Positions 1 through 8,272 are shown, numbered from the stretch's first letter. The stretch: 32,000 nt of DNA from Peristeroidobacter agariperforans (GCF_004138335.1 NZ_RYFW01000001.1:2469244-2501243), one strand, 5' to 3'. Notes: generated by a model from the sequence alone, not told the origin. A program made the numbers and translations.

Positions 1-764
1 AAATACTTGGAGTCGTTGCGGTACGCGGTCAGCCCGCCGTAGTACTGCGCCCACTTCCTGGCAATGATGATGCGATCACGGGTGATGGGCTTATCGCCAG
101 GATAGGGGGCGATAGTCTTCATCTCATCGACGGCCGCCGTGTTGCCGTGGGCGATTGCCTGTTGCATGCCGTAATCGAAACTCACTCGCTCGTTGTCGTG
201 AGTGTTGATCACCTGGCCGATGCCCACGTACGCGTGAAACAGATCGGGCCGCTTGAGCGCCGCGCCCATGCCGATGACCGTGCCCCAGCTGTGTCCCATC
301 AGGATCATCTTGTTCTTGCCGTAGCGGTGGCGGATGTATTCGGCGGCTTCGATGGCGTCGTCGATGTAGCGAGGGATGTGCAAGCTATCGCCAACGGCGT
401 CGGAATGATCCTCGACATAAGTCTTGCCCGCACCGCGCTGGTCGTAGTTCACGACGGTGAAGTACTCCTCGATGGGGCGCTGGAACTGCCACAACATCGG
501 AATGAGCGGCGATGCCGGGCCGCCGTGCACGAACAGAATGATGGGATTGGCGCGATCGGTGCCGCGCACGTTGAACCATTGTTCGATGCCGCCGATGCGG
601 GTCTTGAAACTCTCTTGCACTCCGTTGGGCGTGAGGATGCGATCGCGGTCTTCGATGACTTCACGCGCCTTCTGATAGGGCGCTAGATCGGCGCACGAAT
701 CGGCGCCGGCGCGACCGCAGATGGCCGCGGCCACGAACACAAATATGCACGCCAATAGCTTCAT
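1..764 (-). CDS. secreted alpha/beta-fold hydrolase (proline-iminopeptidase-like); 3' end lies beyond the left edge
   Basis: Absent from the ORF track because it is open at the window edge. My reverse-strand translation from ATG (764..762) gives [21 protein letters not shown] (signal peptide), then [23 protein letters not shown] and LMGHSWGT (G-x-S-x-G nucleophile elbow). I saw no stop in the portions I translated. ORF 147..686(+) is its antisense shadow. Confidence 0.75.
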   Translation of the reverse strand, partial: MKLLACIFVFVAAAICGRAGADSCADLAPYQKAREVIEDRDRILTPNGVQESFKTRIGGIEQWFNVRGTDRANPIILFVHGGPASPLIPMLWQFQRPIEEYFTVVNYDQRGAGKTYVEDHSDAVGDSLHIPRYIDDAIEAAEYIRHRYGKNKMILMGHSWGTVIGMGAALKRPDLFHAYVGIGQVINTHDNERVSFDYGMQQAIAHGNTAAVDEMKTIAPYPGDKPITRDRIIIARKWAQYYGGLTAYRNDSKY

Positions 765-1067
765 AGTCGAATATCTCCTGGTCGAAAGGCCCGGTTATGG
801 ACCGAGACGAGCCATCGGCTTAAATCCCGGAAGCGCAGATCGCTCATTTATACGCGCGTCGGAGACCTTCGCGGCGTGCTGTCCAAGCTAACCGTGACGA
901 AGCAGCCGCGGGAACCCCTGAGTCCACGTGCAAAATATCCGCGCAGCCGTCCGGGGCATGAATCGCTGTATCTCGCGAGCCTGTTGACGCTATTGTCCGC
1001 ATCCTGGACAGAGCGCTCAACACTTGATTTGCTCGCGAGATCCTGCCGCACGAGGCTGCGCTGGTGC

Positions 1068-1274
1068 GCTCTGAAGCTCGAGCGGCAGCTGGGTACGATC
1101 GAACGCGGTAAGCGCGCCGATTTTCTGCTGGTCGACGGCGATCCCACGCGGGACATCGGCGCCCTGCGTCGCCTGCGGTTGGTGATGAAGGAGGGCTCGG
1201 TGGTTGTTCCCGAAACGATCTACACTAGCCTGCAGGTCAAGCCATTCATCGAGGGGGCACGGATCCTTCGTTGA
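1068..1274 (+). pseudogene. amidohydrolase-family C-terminal remnant
   Basis: The tail of ORF 876..1274 reads [46 protein letters not shown], which resembles the conserved C-terminus of metal-dependent amidohydrolases (G-x-I-E-x-G-K-x-A-D-hh-hh-D-x-D-P). The upstream ~190 nt of the same frame has no amidohydrolase-like sequence, so this looks like a truncated or frameshifted relic. Confidence 0.4.
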
Positions 1275-1296
1275 TGGGACGAACGAGGGAGCAACG

Positions 1297-2463
1297 ATGC
1301 GAAGTTGGATGAGGGTTCTGGCGATAGGTGCAATGACTTACGTCGGTGTTGCTTCGGCTGAAGATCCGACTAGCGTGCGTGCGAGACAGATCGGCATCGA
1401 GCCTGGCGTGCTTCAGCCGGGAACATACAACGCGATCACCGATGTCGACGGCGTCCGGGTCGGGCACGTCACGCTCAGAAAGGGCGACAGCATCCGTACG
1501 GGCGCGACCGCGATTCTTCCGCACGGGGGCAACTTGTTTCAGGACAAGGTGCCGGCCGCCGTCGTCGTCGCCAACGGGTTCGGAAAATTGATGGGGTCGA
1601 CGCAGGTCGACGAACTGGGTGAAATTGAAACGCCCATCGTGCTGACCAACACGCTCGGCGTGCCGCGGGCCGCCGAAGCCATCGTGAACTGGACGCTCGC
1701 GTATCCAGGCAACGAACGCGTCGTCTCCGTGAATGCGCTGGTCGGAGAAACCAACGATAGCCGATTGAACGACATTCGCTCGCGACCGTTGACGGCCGAG
1801 ATCATCGCCGAAGCCATCACCGGCGCACGAAGCGGGGCGGTCGCTGAAGGATCGGTCGGTGCGGGCACGGGCACCGTCGCGTTTGGATGGAAAGGTGGCA
1901 TCGGCACCAGTTCCCGCGTGCTGCCGAAGAAGCTCGGCGGTTACACGGTGGGTGTGCTGGTGCAATCTAACTTCGGCGGCATCTTGCAGATGGACGGCGT
2001 GCCCATCGGCGAAGCGCTGGGCCAATACTATTTGAAGCAGGAGCTCAATGACAGCAGCTCCGATGGCTCGATCATCATCGTCGTAGCGACGGATGCGCCA
2101 TTGTCGCCAGGTAATCTACGTCGCCTTGGCAATCGCACGCTTGCCGGTCTGGCTCGCACTGGCTCATCGTTCTCCAATGGATCGGGCGACTACGCGATCA
2201 GCTTTTCGACGGCGGCAGGCGTGCGTCGAACACCCGCCGTCCGCGCGGCCGTTGCTGAGATCCAGGATCTGCCGAACGATCAGATCTCGCCGCTGTTTCA
2301 AGCTGCCATCGAGTCGGCCGAAGAGGCCATCTACAACTCGATGTTGATGGCTCGCACCGAACGTAGCTTCAACACCGTCGAGCGGAGCTGGGTGACGGTC
2401 GATGCGCTGCCGGTGGAGCGGGTCAAAGAGATCCTGCGCGCTCACGGCCGGAAGATGCAGTAG
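1297..2463 (+). CDS. DmpA / peptidase S58 (P1) family aminopeptidase, secreted
   Basis: Start is the internal ATG at 1297 of ORF 1204..2463, with GAGGGA 7 nt upstream. Signal peptide MRSWMRVLAIGAMTYVGVASA. Family-typical blocks NAITDVDGVRVGH, TGATAILP and GAGTGTVAFGWKGGIGTSS (self-processing/nucleophile region of DmpA-like Ntn hydrolases). Confidence 0.85.
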   Translation: MRSWMRVLAIGAMTYVGVASAEDPTSVRARQIGIEPGVLQPGTYNAITDVDGVRVGHVTLRKGDSIRTGATAILPHGGNLFQDKVPAAVVVANGFGKLMGSTQVDELGEIETPIVLTNTLGVPRAAEAIVNWTLAYPGNERVVSVNALVGETNDSRLNDIRSRPLTAEIIAEAITGARSGAVAEGSVGAGTGTVAFGWKGGIGTSSRVLPKKLGGYTVGVLVQSNFGGILQMDGVPIGEALGQYYLKQELNDSSSDGSIIIVVATDAPLSPGNLRRLGNRTLAGLARTGSSFSNGSGDYAISFSTAAGVRRTPAVRAAVAEIQDLPNDQISPLFQAAIESAEEAIYNSMLMARTERSFNTVERSWVTVDALPVERVKEILRAHGRKMQ

Positions 2464-2479
2464 GTCTCGCTGTGCAAGT

Positions 2480-2508
2480 CTGCATCGGGCCGTCGCGGCC
2501 CGATGCAG
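2480..2508 (+). terminator. GC-rich stem-loop after the peptidase gene
   Basis: Perfect 13-bp inverted repeat CTGCATCGGGCCG-tcg-CGGCCCGATGCAG, 17 nt after the stop codon. There is no T-tract, so it is only terminator-like. Confidence 0.4.
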
Positions 2509-2517
2509 GCTGTCGCG

Positions 2518-2652
2518 CTGAGCGATTCAGCCACCATCGACTTCATGGCCAAGGTCGTCGCGTTGACGCCGGCAAACTGTGATCAGGCGTACATGCCCTT
2601 GATCGTGCATCAGGTGCCGCAGATTCCCGACCGCTCCACGGCAATCAGCTGA
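2518..2652 (+). pseudogene. aspartate/glutamate-racemase-family N-terminal fragment
   Basis: My translation: LSDSATIDFMAKVVALTPANCDQAYMPLIVHQVPQIPDRSTAIS*. It matches the conserved N-terminal stretch of aspartate racemases (GGMGP-x-AT-x-x-F ... DQEH ... P-x-IPDRT). The leading M-x-x-IG-x-x-GG and the whole catalytic body are missing. Confidence 0.4.
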
Positions 2653-2672
2653 GCGATGCGCAAGAGTGTCTG

Positions 2673-2906
2673 ATGATCAATCAGTCGGAGCGCTTCGCGT
2701 TGGCGGGAGACAAGCTGGGAGGCTGGCTCGATTGGCCTCAGAATCTCGACTACATCGCCTGTCCTCGCTGCGACCGACGAATGGATGTCATCTTCCAGAT
2801 TGATTCGAGCTGCACCTTGCCACATTACTTTATGGACGGCGGAATGGCGTGGGTGAGCCAATGCAAAGATCATCCTGACGTGCTTGCCTTGAACTGGAGC
2901 AGTTGA
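2673..2906 (+). pseudogene. DUF1963 (YwqG-like) C-terminal fragment
   Basis: The 77-aa ORF reads LGGWLDWPQNLDYIACPRCDRRMDVIFQIDSS...FMDGGMAWVSQC. This resembles the C-terminal G-G-x-P-x-W-x-Q ... CP-x-C ... M-x-F-x-x-QIDS ... D-x-G block of DUF1963 proteins, which are normally much longer. Confidence 0.4.
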
Positions 2907-3011
2907 CATGAGTTTCGGCGCACGCATGTCGTGGCAGTCGGAAGCGATGCAGGCGTGGATACGACGATCATGGCGAACGAAATCGGTCGGTATAGAGCGC
3001 CAGCGCATCTT

Positions 3012-3052
3012 AGTCGACGCGAGGATTTGAACCTGCGATTGGTACGCTCGCG
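3012..3052 (-). other. tRNA 3'-half-like remnant (T-arm plus 3' acceptor strand); candidate att core, copy A
   Basis: The minus strand reads CGCGAGCGTACCAATCGCAGGTTCAAATCCTCGCGTCGACT. It has the GGTTCAAATCC T-loop consensus and a T-stem that pairs only if one C is bulged. There is no 5' acceptor strand, D-arm or CCA. It lies ~250 bp upstream of int. A diverged copy lies at 8494..8528. Confidence 0.3.
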
Positions 3053-3211
3053 GGAGCTTGTACGTGCGAGTTGCTAGTCCCGAAGAATTCTCGAGCGGTT
3101 ATGTATGTCTCTTGGGAGGTGCGAGAAAGTCTATAAAAAGCGGCGTTTCTCGATGTTCCCTTTCTTGGATCGTTCATGCATGCTCAAGCCGAAATTGGCA
3201 GGAACGCCCCC

Positions 3212-3302
3212 CAGGGCGACACCCCCGGAGCGGCGGTGAAGACTGCCAAATCGGTGGCTGGAACCCAAGAATTTGGGGTGACACCCCAGGAGTGAGTCGC
3301 TC
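3212..3302 (+). promoter_or_regulatory. conserved integrase leader with repeated G(A/G)CACCC motifs
   Basis: GACACCCCCGGAGCGG...GGAACCCAAGAATTTGGGGTGACACCCCAGGAG-N11-ATG. The arms GGGGTG/CACCCC form a 6-bp inverted repeat abutting the AGGAG Shine-Dalgarno. The same layout is present at 8692..8785. Confidence 0.3.
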
Positions 3303-4649
3303 ATGAACAAGCTCACAGACGTAGGGATACGCGCGGTGCTGGAGAAACCACGGAACGGTCGCGTCGAATTGCCCGACGGCGCAGTGCCCGGACTCACGCT
3401 TCGAATCGGGAAGACGCGGGGCGCGACGTGGTCGTTGATGATCCGTATCGCTGGTGAAGGTGGAATCACCGATCGAGGCCACGCTCTGGTGGGTCCGAAG
3501 CGGCGCCTCACGCTGGGTACATACCCGCATGTTTCTTTGCATGCCGCGAGGGCTAAGGCCAGCGCATATCTCGATCAAGCAAGGCGCGGTGAAAGCCCGG
3601 TGGAAGCGCTGGAACGAGCAGCTACTGGCCGGCTCACCGTCGAAGGTCTGGCCGAGAAGTTTCTCACCGACTACGTCTATCTCAAGCAACTGCGGTCCGC
3701 ATACAACTATGAGATCGCCATTCGGACTCACATTGTCGCGGAGGTGGGGCGGGTGGTGGCCGACATGCTTACTCGTGACCAGGTGCGTAGTCTCATGAAG
3801 AACGCCATGGTTCAGGTAACTCCTACCGGGCAGGCAAAGGCGCGCCGTCGCGGTGGTGTCGAAGCCGCGAGAAGTGTGATGGGGGTCCTCCGTAAGATGA
3901 TCAACTGGGGCATTCGTGAGCGGCTGCTGAAGCGCGTAGACAATCCCGTCGCGGGGATGCAGGACAACCTGCCGAAGAAGAGGAAGAAGGAGCGTGTGCT
4001 GTCTTTGGAGGAAGCTCGGATCGTTTGGCATGCCGCTGGGACGCTGGGCTATCCGTTCGGTCCGCTCTATCGCCTGATCCTGTTGACGGGTTGCCGACCT
4101 GGCGAGTGGGCGCAGTGTCGCCAGTCATACATCGACCTCAAGCATTCGCTGCTGGTCATTCCGGCGCAAGCGTATAAAAGTGATCACGTACATGTCGTGC
4201 CGCTTGTGCCGGTCGCCGTTCAGATTCTCGAATACACTTTGACGAACTACGCTGGACGACAGGGTGACTATGTCTTCAGTGGCACCGACGGTCTAGCTCC
4301 GGTATCCGGATGGACGAAGGGGCACAGCAGAATGATGCGCGCCGTGACGGCTGTGAGTGGTGAGCGCGACGTGGTGCCTTGGACACCACACGATCTGCGC
4401 CGAACAGTTGCAACTCGGATTGCGGAGCAACTCGGCGTCGGCGGCGAGCAACTCATCAAACGAGTTCTCGGGCATGCCGACGGCAGCGTCACAGCTATCT
4501 ACAACCGATATGGCTATGTGAAGGAAATGCGCGAGGTTCTCGAGCGCTGGGCGGAGGATCTTATGGGCGGGGAATTCGATCCCGCGAGCATTTTCTCTGA
4601 GCCCGAGACGGTGCCGTACGTGATTGTCGAGGAGACGAGCGTCTCGTGA
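3303..4649 (+). CDS. int: tyrosine recombinase / integrase (P4-type, DUF4102-like N-terminal domain)
   Basis: 448 aa. N-terminus LTDVGIRAV...PDGAVPGLTLRIGKTRGATWSLMIR is typical of DUF4102 integrases. Catalytic blocks TGCRPGEW, HDLRRTVAT and LGHADGSVTAIYNRYGY (R..H-x-x-R..Y). Confidence 0.95.
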   Translation: MNKLTDVGIRAVLEKPRNGRVELPDGAVPGLTLRIGKTRGATWSLMIRIAGEGGITDRGHALVGPKRRLTLGTYPHVSLHAARAKASAYLDQARRGESPVEALERAATGRLTVEGLAEKFLTDYVYLKQLRSAYNYEIAIRTHIVAEVGRVVADMLTRDQVRSLMKNAMVQVTPTGQAKARRRGGVEAARSVMGVLRKMINWGIRERLLKRVDNPVAGMQDNLPKKRKKERVLSLEEARIVWHAAGTLGYPFGPLYRLILLTGCRPGEWAQCRQSYIDLKHSLLVIPAQAYKSDHVHVVPLVPVAVQILEYTLTNYAGRQGDYVFSGTDGLAPVSGWTKGHSRMMRAVTAVSGERDVVPWTPHDLRRTVATRIAEQLGVGGEQLIKRVLGHADGSVTAIYNRYGYVKEMREVLERWAEDLMGGEFDPASIFSEPETVPYVIVEETSVS

Positions 4650-4804
4650 GCAACGCGTACGCTGGCTCGCTTTGATGGTCCGCTCGGCACTGTCCGCGCC
4701 GTGAAGGCGTGTGGCGCATTTCTGGCGACTGCTGGAAACTCTCGCTCGGCGGCCTTGACGGCGCGGCGCCACCGAGCGAAGAGAGTTAGTTCCGAGCGAT
4801 CGGT

Positions 4805-5170
4805 TCAGCGCCGAGTTAGTGGCGTGTTCGCGGCGATACGCGCTGCCAGCCAAGCTTGCACCTCAGCTTCCACCCACGCGACGCGCCCAGCTGTGAGCTG
4901 CACGCGCTGTGGAAAGTCGCCCCGACTCTGCAGCGCGTAGACCTTTGCCTTGCTCAATCCCGTCATGCTCGCTACCTGAGCGAGTCGGAGCATGCGGATT
5001 GGCGCGGTAGGGGTCACATCGCTAGACACGTCCGGCTGTGTGGAAGCCTGTGCATCTATCATGTGACCGGCGAGGCTGCGAACCTCGATTCGACCGGACA
5101 CTGGCGCAACGGGTGTGTCCGATCGTGTTGCGGGTATCAGGCGGAGCGGTCGAGAAGAATCCGTGTTCAT
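4805..5170 (-). CDS. alpA: AlpA-family transcriptional regulator / excisionase-like HTH protein
   Basis: C-terminus IRMLRLAQVASMTGLSKAKVYALQSRGDFPQRVQLTAGRVAWVEAEVQAWL is the AlpA/Phage_AlpA HTH signature. I place the start at the internal ATG 5170, with AGGAG 8 nt upstream, rather than at the ORF-track start 5227. Confidence 0.85.
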   Translation of the reverse strand: MNTDSSRPLRLIPATRSDTPVAPVSGRIEVRSLAGHMIDAQASTQPDVSSDVTPTAPIRMLRLAQVASMTGLSKAKVYALQSRGDFPQRVQLTAGRVAWVEAEVQAWLAARIAANTPLTRR

Positions 5171-5264
5171 GAGCGTTACTCCTGGTCTGATTTCGATGAC
5201 CGAGCGGCGTGGCTTCACTGCACGCACAGCATTCCCCAGCGGACGTGAAATGTCAGCGGGGAGT

Positions 5265-5284
5265 TTCGCCGAAAATTCGGCGAA
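5265..5284. promoter_or_regulatory. 20-bp palindrome upstream of alpA (candidate operator)
   Basis: TTCGCCGAA-aa-TTCGGCGAA, a perfect 9-bp inverted repeat ~95 bp upstream of the alpA start. The equivalent site in copy B (10745..10764, TTCGCGGAA-aa-TTCGGCGTA) is imperfect. Confidence 0.3.
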
Positions 5285-5934
5285 TTAGGCTGGTGGGTCA
5301 TGCATGTATTGGCGTGGTTGCATGGGCGGTGATCTTCAGTCGGCATTTGTCACTCGAACAAAGATCATTCCTGGTCGGCGAGCAAATGTCAGGCGGAGAA
5401 ATTGACGAGAATTGATAGAAACAGAGGTGTGTTAGCTCTGCTCGGAGGGCGATTGCAAGAGATATGGCCGCCGTCGGTGAGGCGCGTTCCTGATGCGTTT
5501 CGCAGGATAGCCGGCGAATCTGTTCAGCTACTCGCGGGCGGGTGTGGCACTGGCGGGGCTCATGGGGACAGCTCTCTACAGGCGTCCGGATCCGTCTCAG
5601 CGAGTTTCGCCGAGACTGTGATGCTCTGTTTTCGATCGGTGTGGTCTATGAGTTGGAGCAGGCACGCGCGGCGCACGTGAGCCGTCCAGCGGCGGAACTG
5701 GCCGACTTCATACGCACACCTAGCTGCGAACGGGCGGCCGGGTCTCATCGGAGGCAGGGAAAGGTGGACGGCCGGTCTCAACATGGGCAGGAATTCCCGA
5801 ATCCGGCGGGAGCAAGCAAGCCACAACGGTCGCCCGGAATTCCTGCCGAAGAGCAGGATCAGTTGTCAGATGCCCCGGGAACTGGCTGGACTCTGCTGCT
5901 GACATCGTCGGCCTCCTGTGGGATCGGGTCCCGA

Positions 5935-5975
5935 TGAAATCGTAGACAGGATGCGGTTTCCTGTGTACGATTTCA
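5935..5975 (+). promoter_or_regulatory. 17-bp imperfect inverted repeat immediately upstream of abiEi (candidate operator or RBS-occluding hairpin)
   Basis: TGAAATCGTAGACAGGA-tgcggtt-TCCTGTGTACGATTTCA (16/17 complementary), ending 4 nt before the abiEi ATG at 5980. Confidence 0.4.
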
Positions 5976-5979
5976 TCGG

Positions 5980-6576
5980 ATGAGCCGTAAAGCAACCATT
6001 CCAGGGCGAAAGGCCTTGCCGCCGGCCTTCACCTACACGCAAGCCAGGGCCGCAGGTATCTCGGCCGAGCGGCTCTATGCCTATCGTTCTCAAGGGCTCA
6101 TCGATCAGGTCGCCCGCGGGCTGTATCGCTGGGCTGATGCACCCCAGGTCGATCAGGATCTATTGGAGATTGCCCATCGGGCGCCCCGAGGCACGCTTTG
6201 CTTGGTCACTGCGCTTGCTCGCCACGGACTGACGGACATCATTCCGCCGCGCATCGACATTGCATTACCTCGAGGCAGTCGCACCCCAGCGCTGCGCGAG
6301 ACGATCCAAGTTCATGTCTTCGCCCGGGAGACATTCGAGCTGGGTCGAGATGAACTCAGTATCGGCGATGGACTTTCTATCGGCATCTACTCTCCGGAGC
6401 GCACGCTCGTCGACGTCATTCGACTGCGACATCAGGAAGGGGCAGATGTCGCGTGGAACGCGCTCCGTCGCTGGATTGCGCGGAAAGGTTCGAAGCCTGC
6501 TGCGCTTCTCGCGATGGCGAAACACTTTCGAGGCGCGGAGAAAGCTGTCCGATCCGCATTGGAAGTCGTTCTATGA
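5980..6576 (+). CDS. abiEi: AbiEi-family antitoxin (type IV toxin-antitoxin / abortive infection)
   Basis: 198 aa. The N-terminal wHTH block FTYTQARAAGISAERLYAYRSQGLIDQVARGLYRW is typical of AbiEi_4/COG5340 proteins. Its stop overlaps the next gene start (ATGA at 6573..6576). Confidence 0.85.
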   Translation: MSRKATIPGRKALPPAFTYTQARAAGISAERLYAYRSQGLIDQVARGLYRWADAPQVDQDLLEIAHRAPRGTLCLVTALARHGLTDIIPPRIDIALPRGSRTPALRETIQVHVFARETFELGRDELSIGDGLSIGIYSPERTLVDVIRLRHQEGADVAWNALRRWIARKGSKPAALLAMAKHFRGAEKAVRSALEVVL

Positions 6577-7478
6577 GTCCCGTGGATCGCACGTCAGTTG
6601 CCGGTGCACGCTATCTTGATCTCCAGCGCAAAGCGCGACAAACCGGGCGGCCAACAGATGAACTCATACAGCTATACGCGCTCGAGTGCTTTCTCGATCG
6701 CCTGACGCGGTCCGAGTATGGGCAGAAACTCGTCCTCAAAGGCGGCGTGCTACTCGCAGCTCTCGACGCCCGCCGCCCAACAAGAGACATCGACCTGGCG
6801 GCGACTGCGCTCCGAAACACGGAGGCCGAAATACTGAATGTTGTTCGCAAGATTGCTGGCATCGCGCTGGCCGATGGTATTGCGTTCGACCCCGAGCAGG
6901 CGACCGCCGAGTCGATTAGAGAAGAAGACGATTACAGCGGCATACGCGTGACGCTCGGCGGAACGCTGTCACGGGCTACGGTTCGGCTCCACGTGGATGT
7001 GAACGTTGGCGATCCAATCTGGCCAGAGCCGCAGCACGTCAACCTGCCGCGGTTGCTAGATGGTGCTCTGCAGGTGCGCGGATATCCGTTGGAGATGGTG
7101 CTCGCCGAGAAAGTTGCAACAGCGATTGCTAGAGGCACTGCCAACACTCGATGGCGCGACTTCGTGGACGTATATGCCCTGGCCATGCGGCATCCAGTGG
7201 ATGGAGCAACCTTCCGAGCATCTCTTGATCGTGTAGCACAGCATCGGAAGCTTGCTCTCGCGCCATTGGCTGCCGTATTAATTGGATACTCCGAACTCGG
7301 CCAGGCACGGTGGAGTGCGTGGCTGCGAAAGCAGAGACTTGAGACAACCATACCAACAGAGTTCGCTGCTGTGCTGGACCGCGTAATCTCGTTTGCCGAT
7401 CCGGTCATTGCTGATCAGGCAGGTCTTGGCATCTGGGATCCGGATCAGCGGCAGTGGCGTGAGCGACGCGGCCAATGA
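6573..7478 (+). CDS. abiEii: AbiEii/AbiGii-family nucleotidyltransferase toxin (DUF1814)
   Basis: Internal ATG at 6573 of ORF 6453..7478. LVLKGGVLLAALDARRPTRDIDLAA is the G-G-x-x-L...R-x-T-x-D-x-D nucleotidyltransferase motif of DUF1814. Confidence 0.9.
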   Translation: MSPVDRTSVAGARYLDLQRKARQTGRPTDELIQLYALECFLDRLTRSEYGQKLVLKGGVLLAALDARRPTRDIDLAATALRNTEAEILNVVRKIAGIALADGIAFDPEQATAESIREEDDYSGIRVTLGGTLSRATVRLHVDVNVGDPIWPEPQHVNLPRLLDGALQVRGYPLEMVLAEKVATAIARGTANTRWRDFVDVYALAMRHPVDGATFRASLDRVAQHRKLALAPLAAVLIGYSELGQARWSAWLRKQRLETTIPTEFAAVLDRVISFADPVIADQAGLGIWDPDQRQWRERRGQ

Positions 7479-7759
7479 CGCGCAGCCCGGCACGGCCTAT
7501 GCGAGACAGGCGGAGGAATGTCGGCTCCGCCTGTGCTCTGCAGAAGAGCGCCACTAATGACGATATTCGCCGCGACCTGCTCGATGCTGCCCGCGCTTCG
7601 AAAATCAATCTGTCTGCCATCCTTGAGCAGGCATTGATCGAGCAATTGCGGGACGCGCAGGATCGCCAATGGCGTGAAGAAAATCGCGAATCCATCGCTG
7701 CCTATAACGAACATGTCGAGAAGCATGGTGTGTTCTCGGAGGGCAGTCGGAGCTTCTGA
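7475..7759 (+). CDS. ccdA: CcdA-family antitoxin
   Basis: 94 aa. The stretch DIRRDLLDAARASKINLSAILEQALIEQLRDAQDRQWREENRESIAAYNEHVEKHGVFSEGSRSF follows the CcdA pattern (INLS-x-x-LE...W-x-x-EN-x-E-x-I-x-x-YN...G-x-FSD...R-x-F). The start overlaps the abiEii stop (ATGA 7475..7478). Confidence 0.75.
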   Translation: MTRSPARPMRDRRRNVGSACALQKSATNDDIRRDLLDAARASKINLSAILEQALIEQLRDAQDRQWREENRESIAAYNEHVEKHGVFSEGSRSF

Positions 7760-7838
7760 TGCGCAGTTCACTGTGTGTAAGAACAAGAATTCGTGGAGAC
7801 GGCGGTATATCCAAATGTCTGAGCACGCGGCAGGTTAG
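7759..7838 (+). pseudogene. possible ccdB toxin stump (frameshifted and truncated)
   Basis: ATG at 7759 overlaps the ccdA stop (TGATG). Shifted by one base, the reading is AQFTVCKNKNSWRRR...*. This resembles CcdB N-termini (M-A-Q-F-D-V-Y-x-N-P-N) but stops after ~26 codons. Weak evidence, by eye only. Confidence 0.25.
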
Positions 7839-7855
7839 CCTTTCGGGGAATTAGC

Positions 7856-8272
7856 ATGGCGGCAATCGGTCGGCGAAACGTTCAAGAGCAGAATCGAGAA
7901 ACGAAGGATCGAATCTTTACTCTCGCCTCAACATTCGAAGCAGAACCTCTGCACTTCTCGTGGCTGATCGAAATCTTGCATGCGAAGTCGATGTCGCCGC
8001 TGCATGGGATTCTCGTGGAGGTCAGTCAAGTCTCGGAACAAGATGGCGATCTGTACAGCGGTCTGTGGTTGACCGACCAGGAGAAGTTCTTCAGGTTCGC
8101 AGCCCTTATCCCTCGTAATAACGCGGAGCTCCATCTTGAGCAATGGCGGGATGAAACCGCAGGAATCCCCGTGAGTGCGCATCGGCCGGGCACAGGAAAG
8201 TCCTTCGGCTTACTTGCCTTAGAGGTCTTACGTGAGAGGCGGGAGACTAGCAAAGGCGTGACGAGCGCCTAA
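7856..8272 (+). CDS. hypothetical protein (no recognisable motif)
   Basis: 138-aa ORF and the only long ORF in this stretch. I recognise no family. Confidence 0.45.
   Translation: MAAIGRRNVQEQNRETKDRIFTLASTFEAEPLHFSWLIEILHAKSMSPLHGILVEVSQVSEQDGDLYSGLWLTDQEKFFRFAALIPRNNAELHLEQWRDETAGIPVSAHRPGTGKSFGLLALEVLRERRETSKGVTSA

Larger units (their letters stand above)
3012..5480 (+). repeat. int-alpA backbone, copy A of a ~2.4 kb direct repeat
   Basis: Hand alignment with 8494..10960 at an offset of ~5472-5483 nt. Colinear landmarks: GTCCCGAA (3077 / 8559), integrase leader, int, alpA, and GTGTGTTAGCTC...GATTGCAAG (5428-5459 / 10905-10936). Similarity decays by ~5480 / ~10960. Confidence 0.8.

Noticed and set aside
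147-686. 179-aa + strand ORF
   Set aside because: It lies entirely antisense to the much better supported alpha/beta hydrolase gene (1..764, minus strand). It starts at a non-ATG codon and has no recognisable motif.
1246-2025. 259-aa minus-strand ORF
   Set aside because: Antisense shadow of the DmpA-type peptidase gene. The Arg/His/Asp-rich translation is typical of the wrong frame in GC-rich DNA.
2610-3008. 132-aa minus-strand ORF
   Set aside because: No motif. It overlaps the + strand DUF1963-like fragment, which has a recognisable family signature.
3012-3090. Intact tRNA gene on the minus strand
   Set aside because: Only a T-arm-like GGTTCAAATCC with a bulged stem and a 3' acceptor-like strand are present. 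I found no complementary 5' acceptor strand, D-arm or plausible anticodon loop. I therefore treat it as a remnant or att core only.
3174-4853. Long minus-strand ORFs 3174..4031 (285 aa) and 4293..4853 (186 aa); equivalents 9211..9975 in copy B
   Set aside because: Antisense shadows of the integrase genes.
5209-5415. 68-aa ORF ending MSGGEIDEN, with the same ending on ORF 10471..10893
   Set aside because: Only the last ~15 codons are shared between the two backbone copies, and a 1-nt indel breaks the frame upstream. The conservation is better explained as non-coding backbone sequence.
5402-5995. Several 88-131 aa ORFs on both strands between alpA and abiEi
   Set aside because: They overlap one another, have low-complexity Arg/Ser/Pro/Gly-rich translations and show no motifs. 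Probably non-coding.
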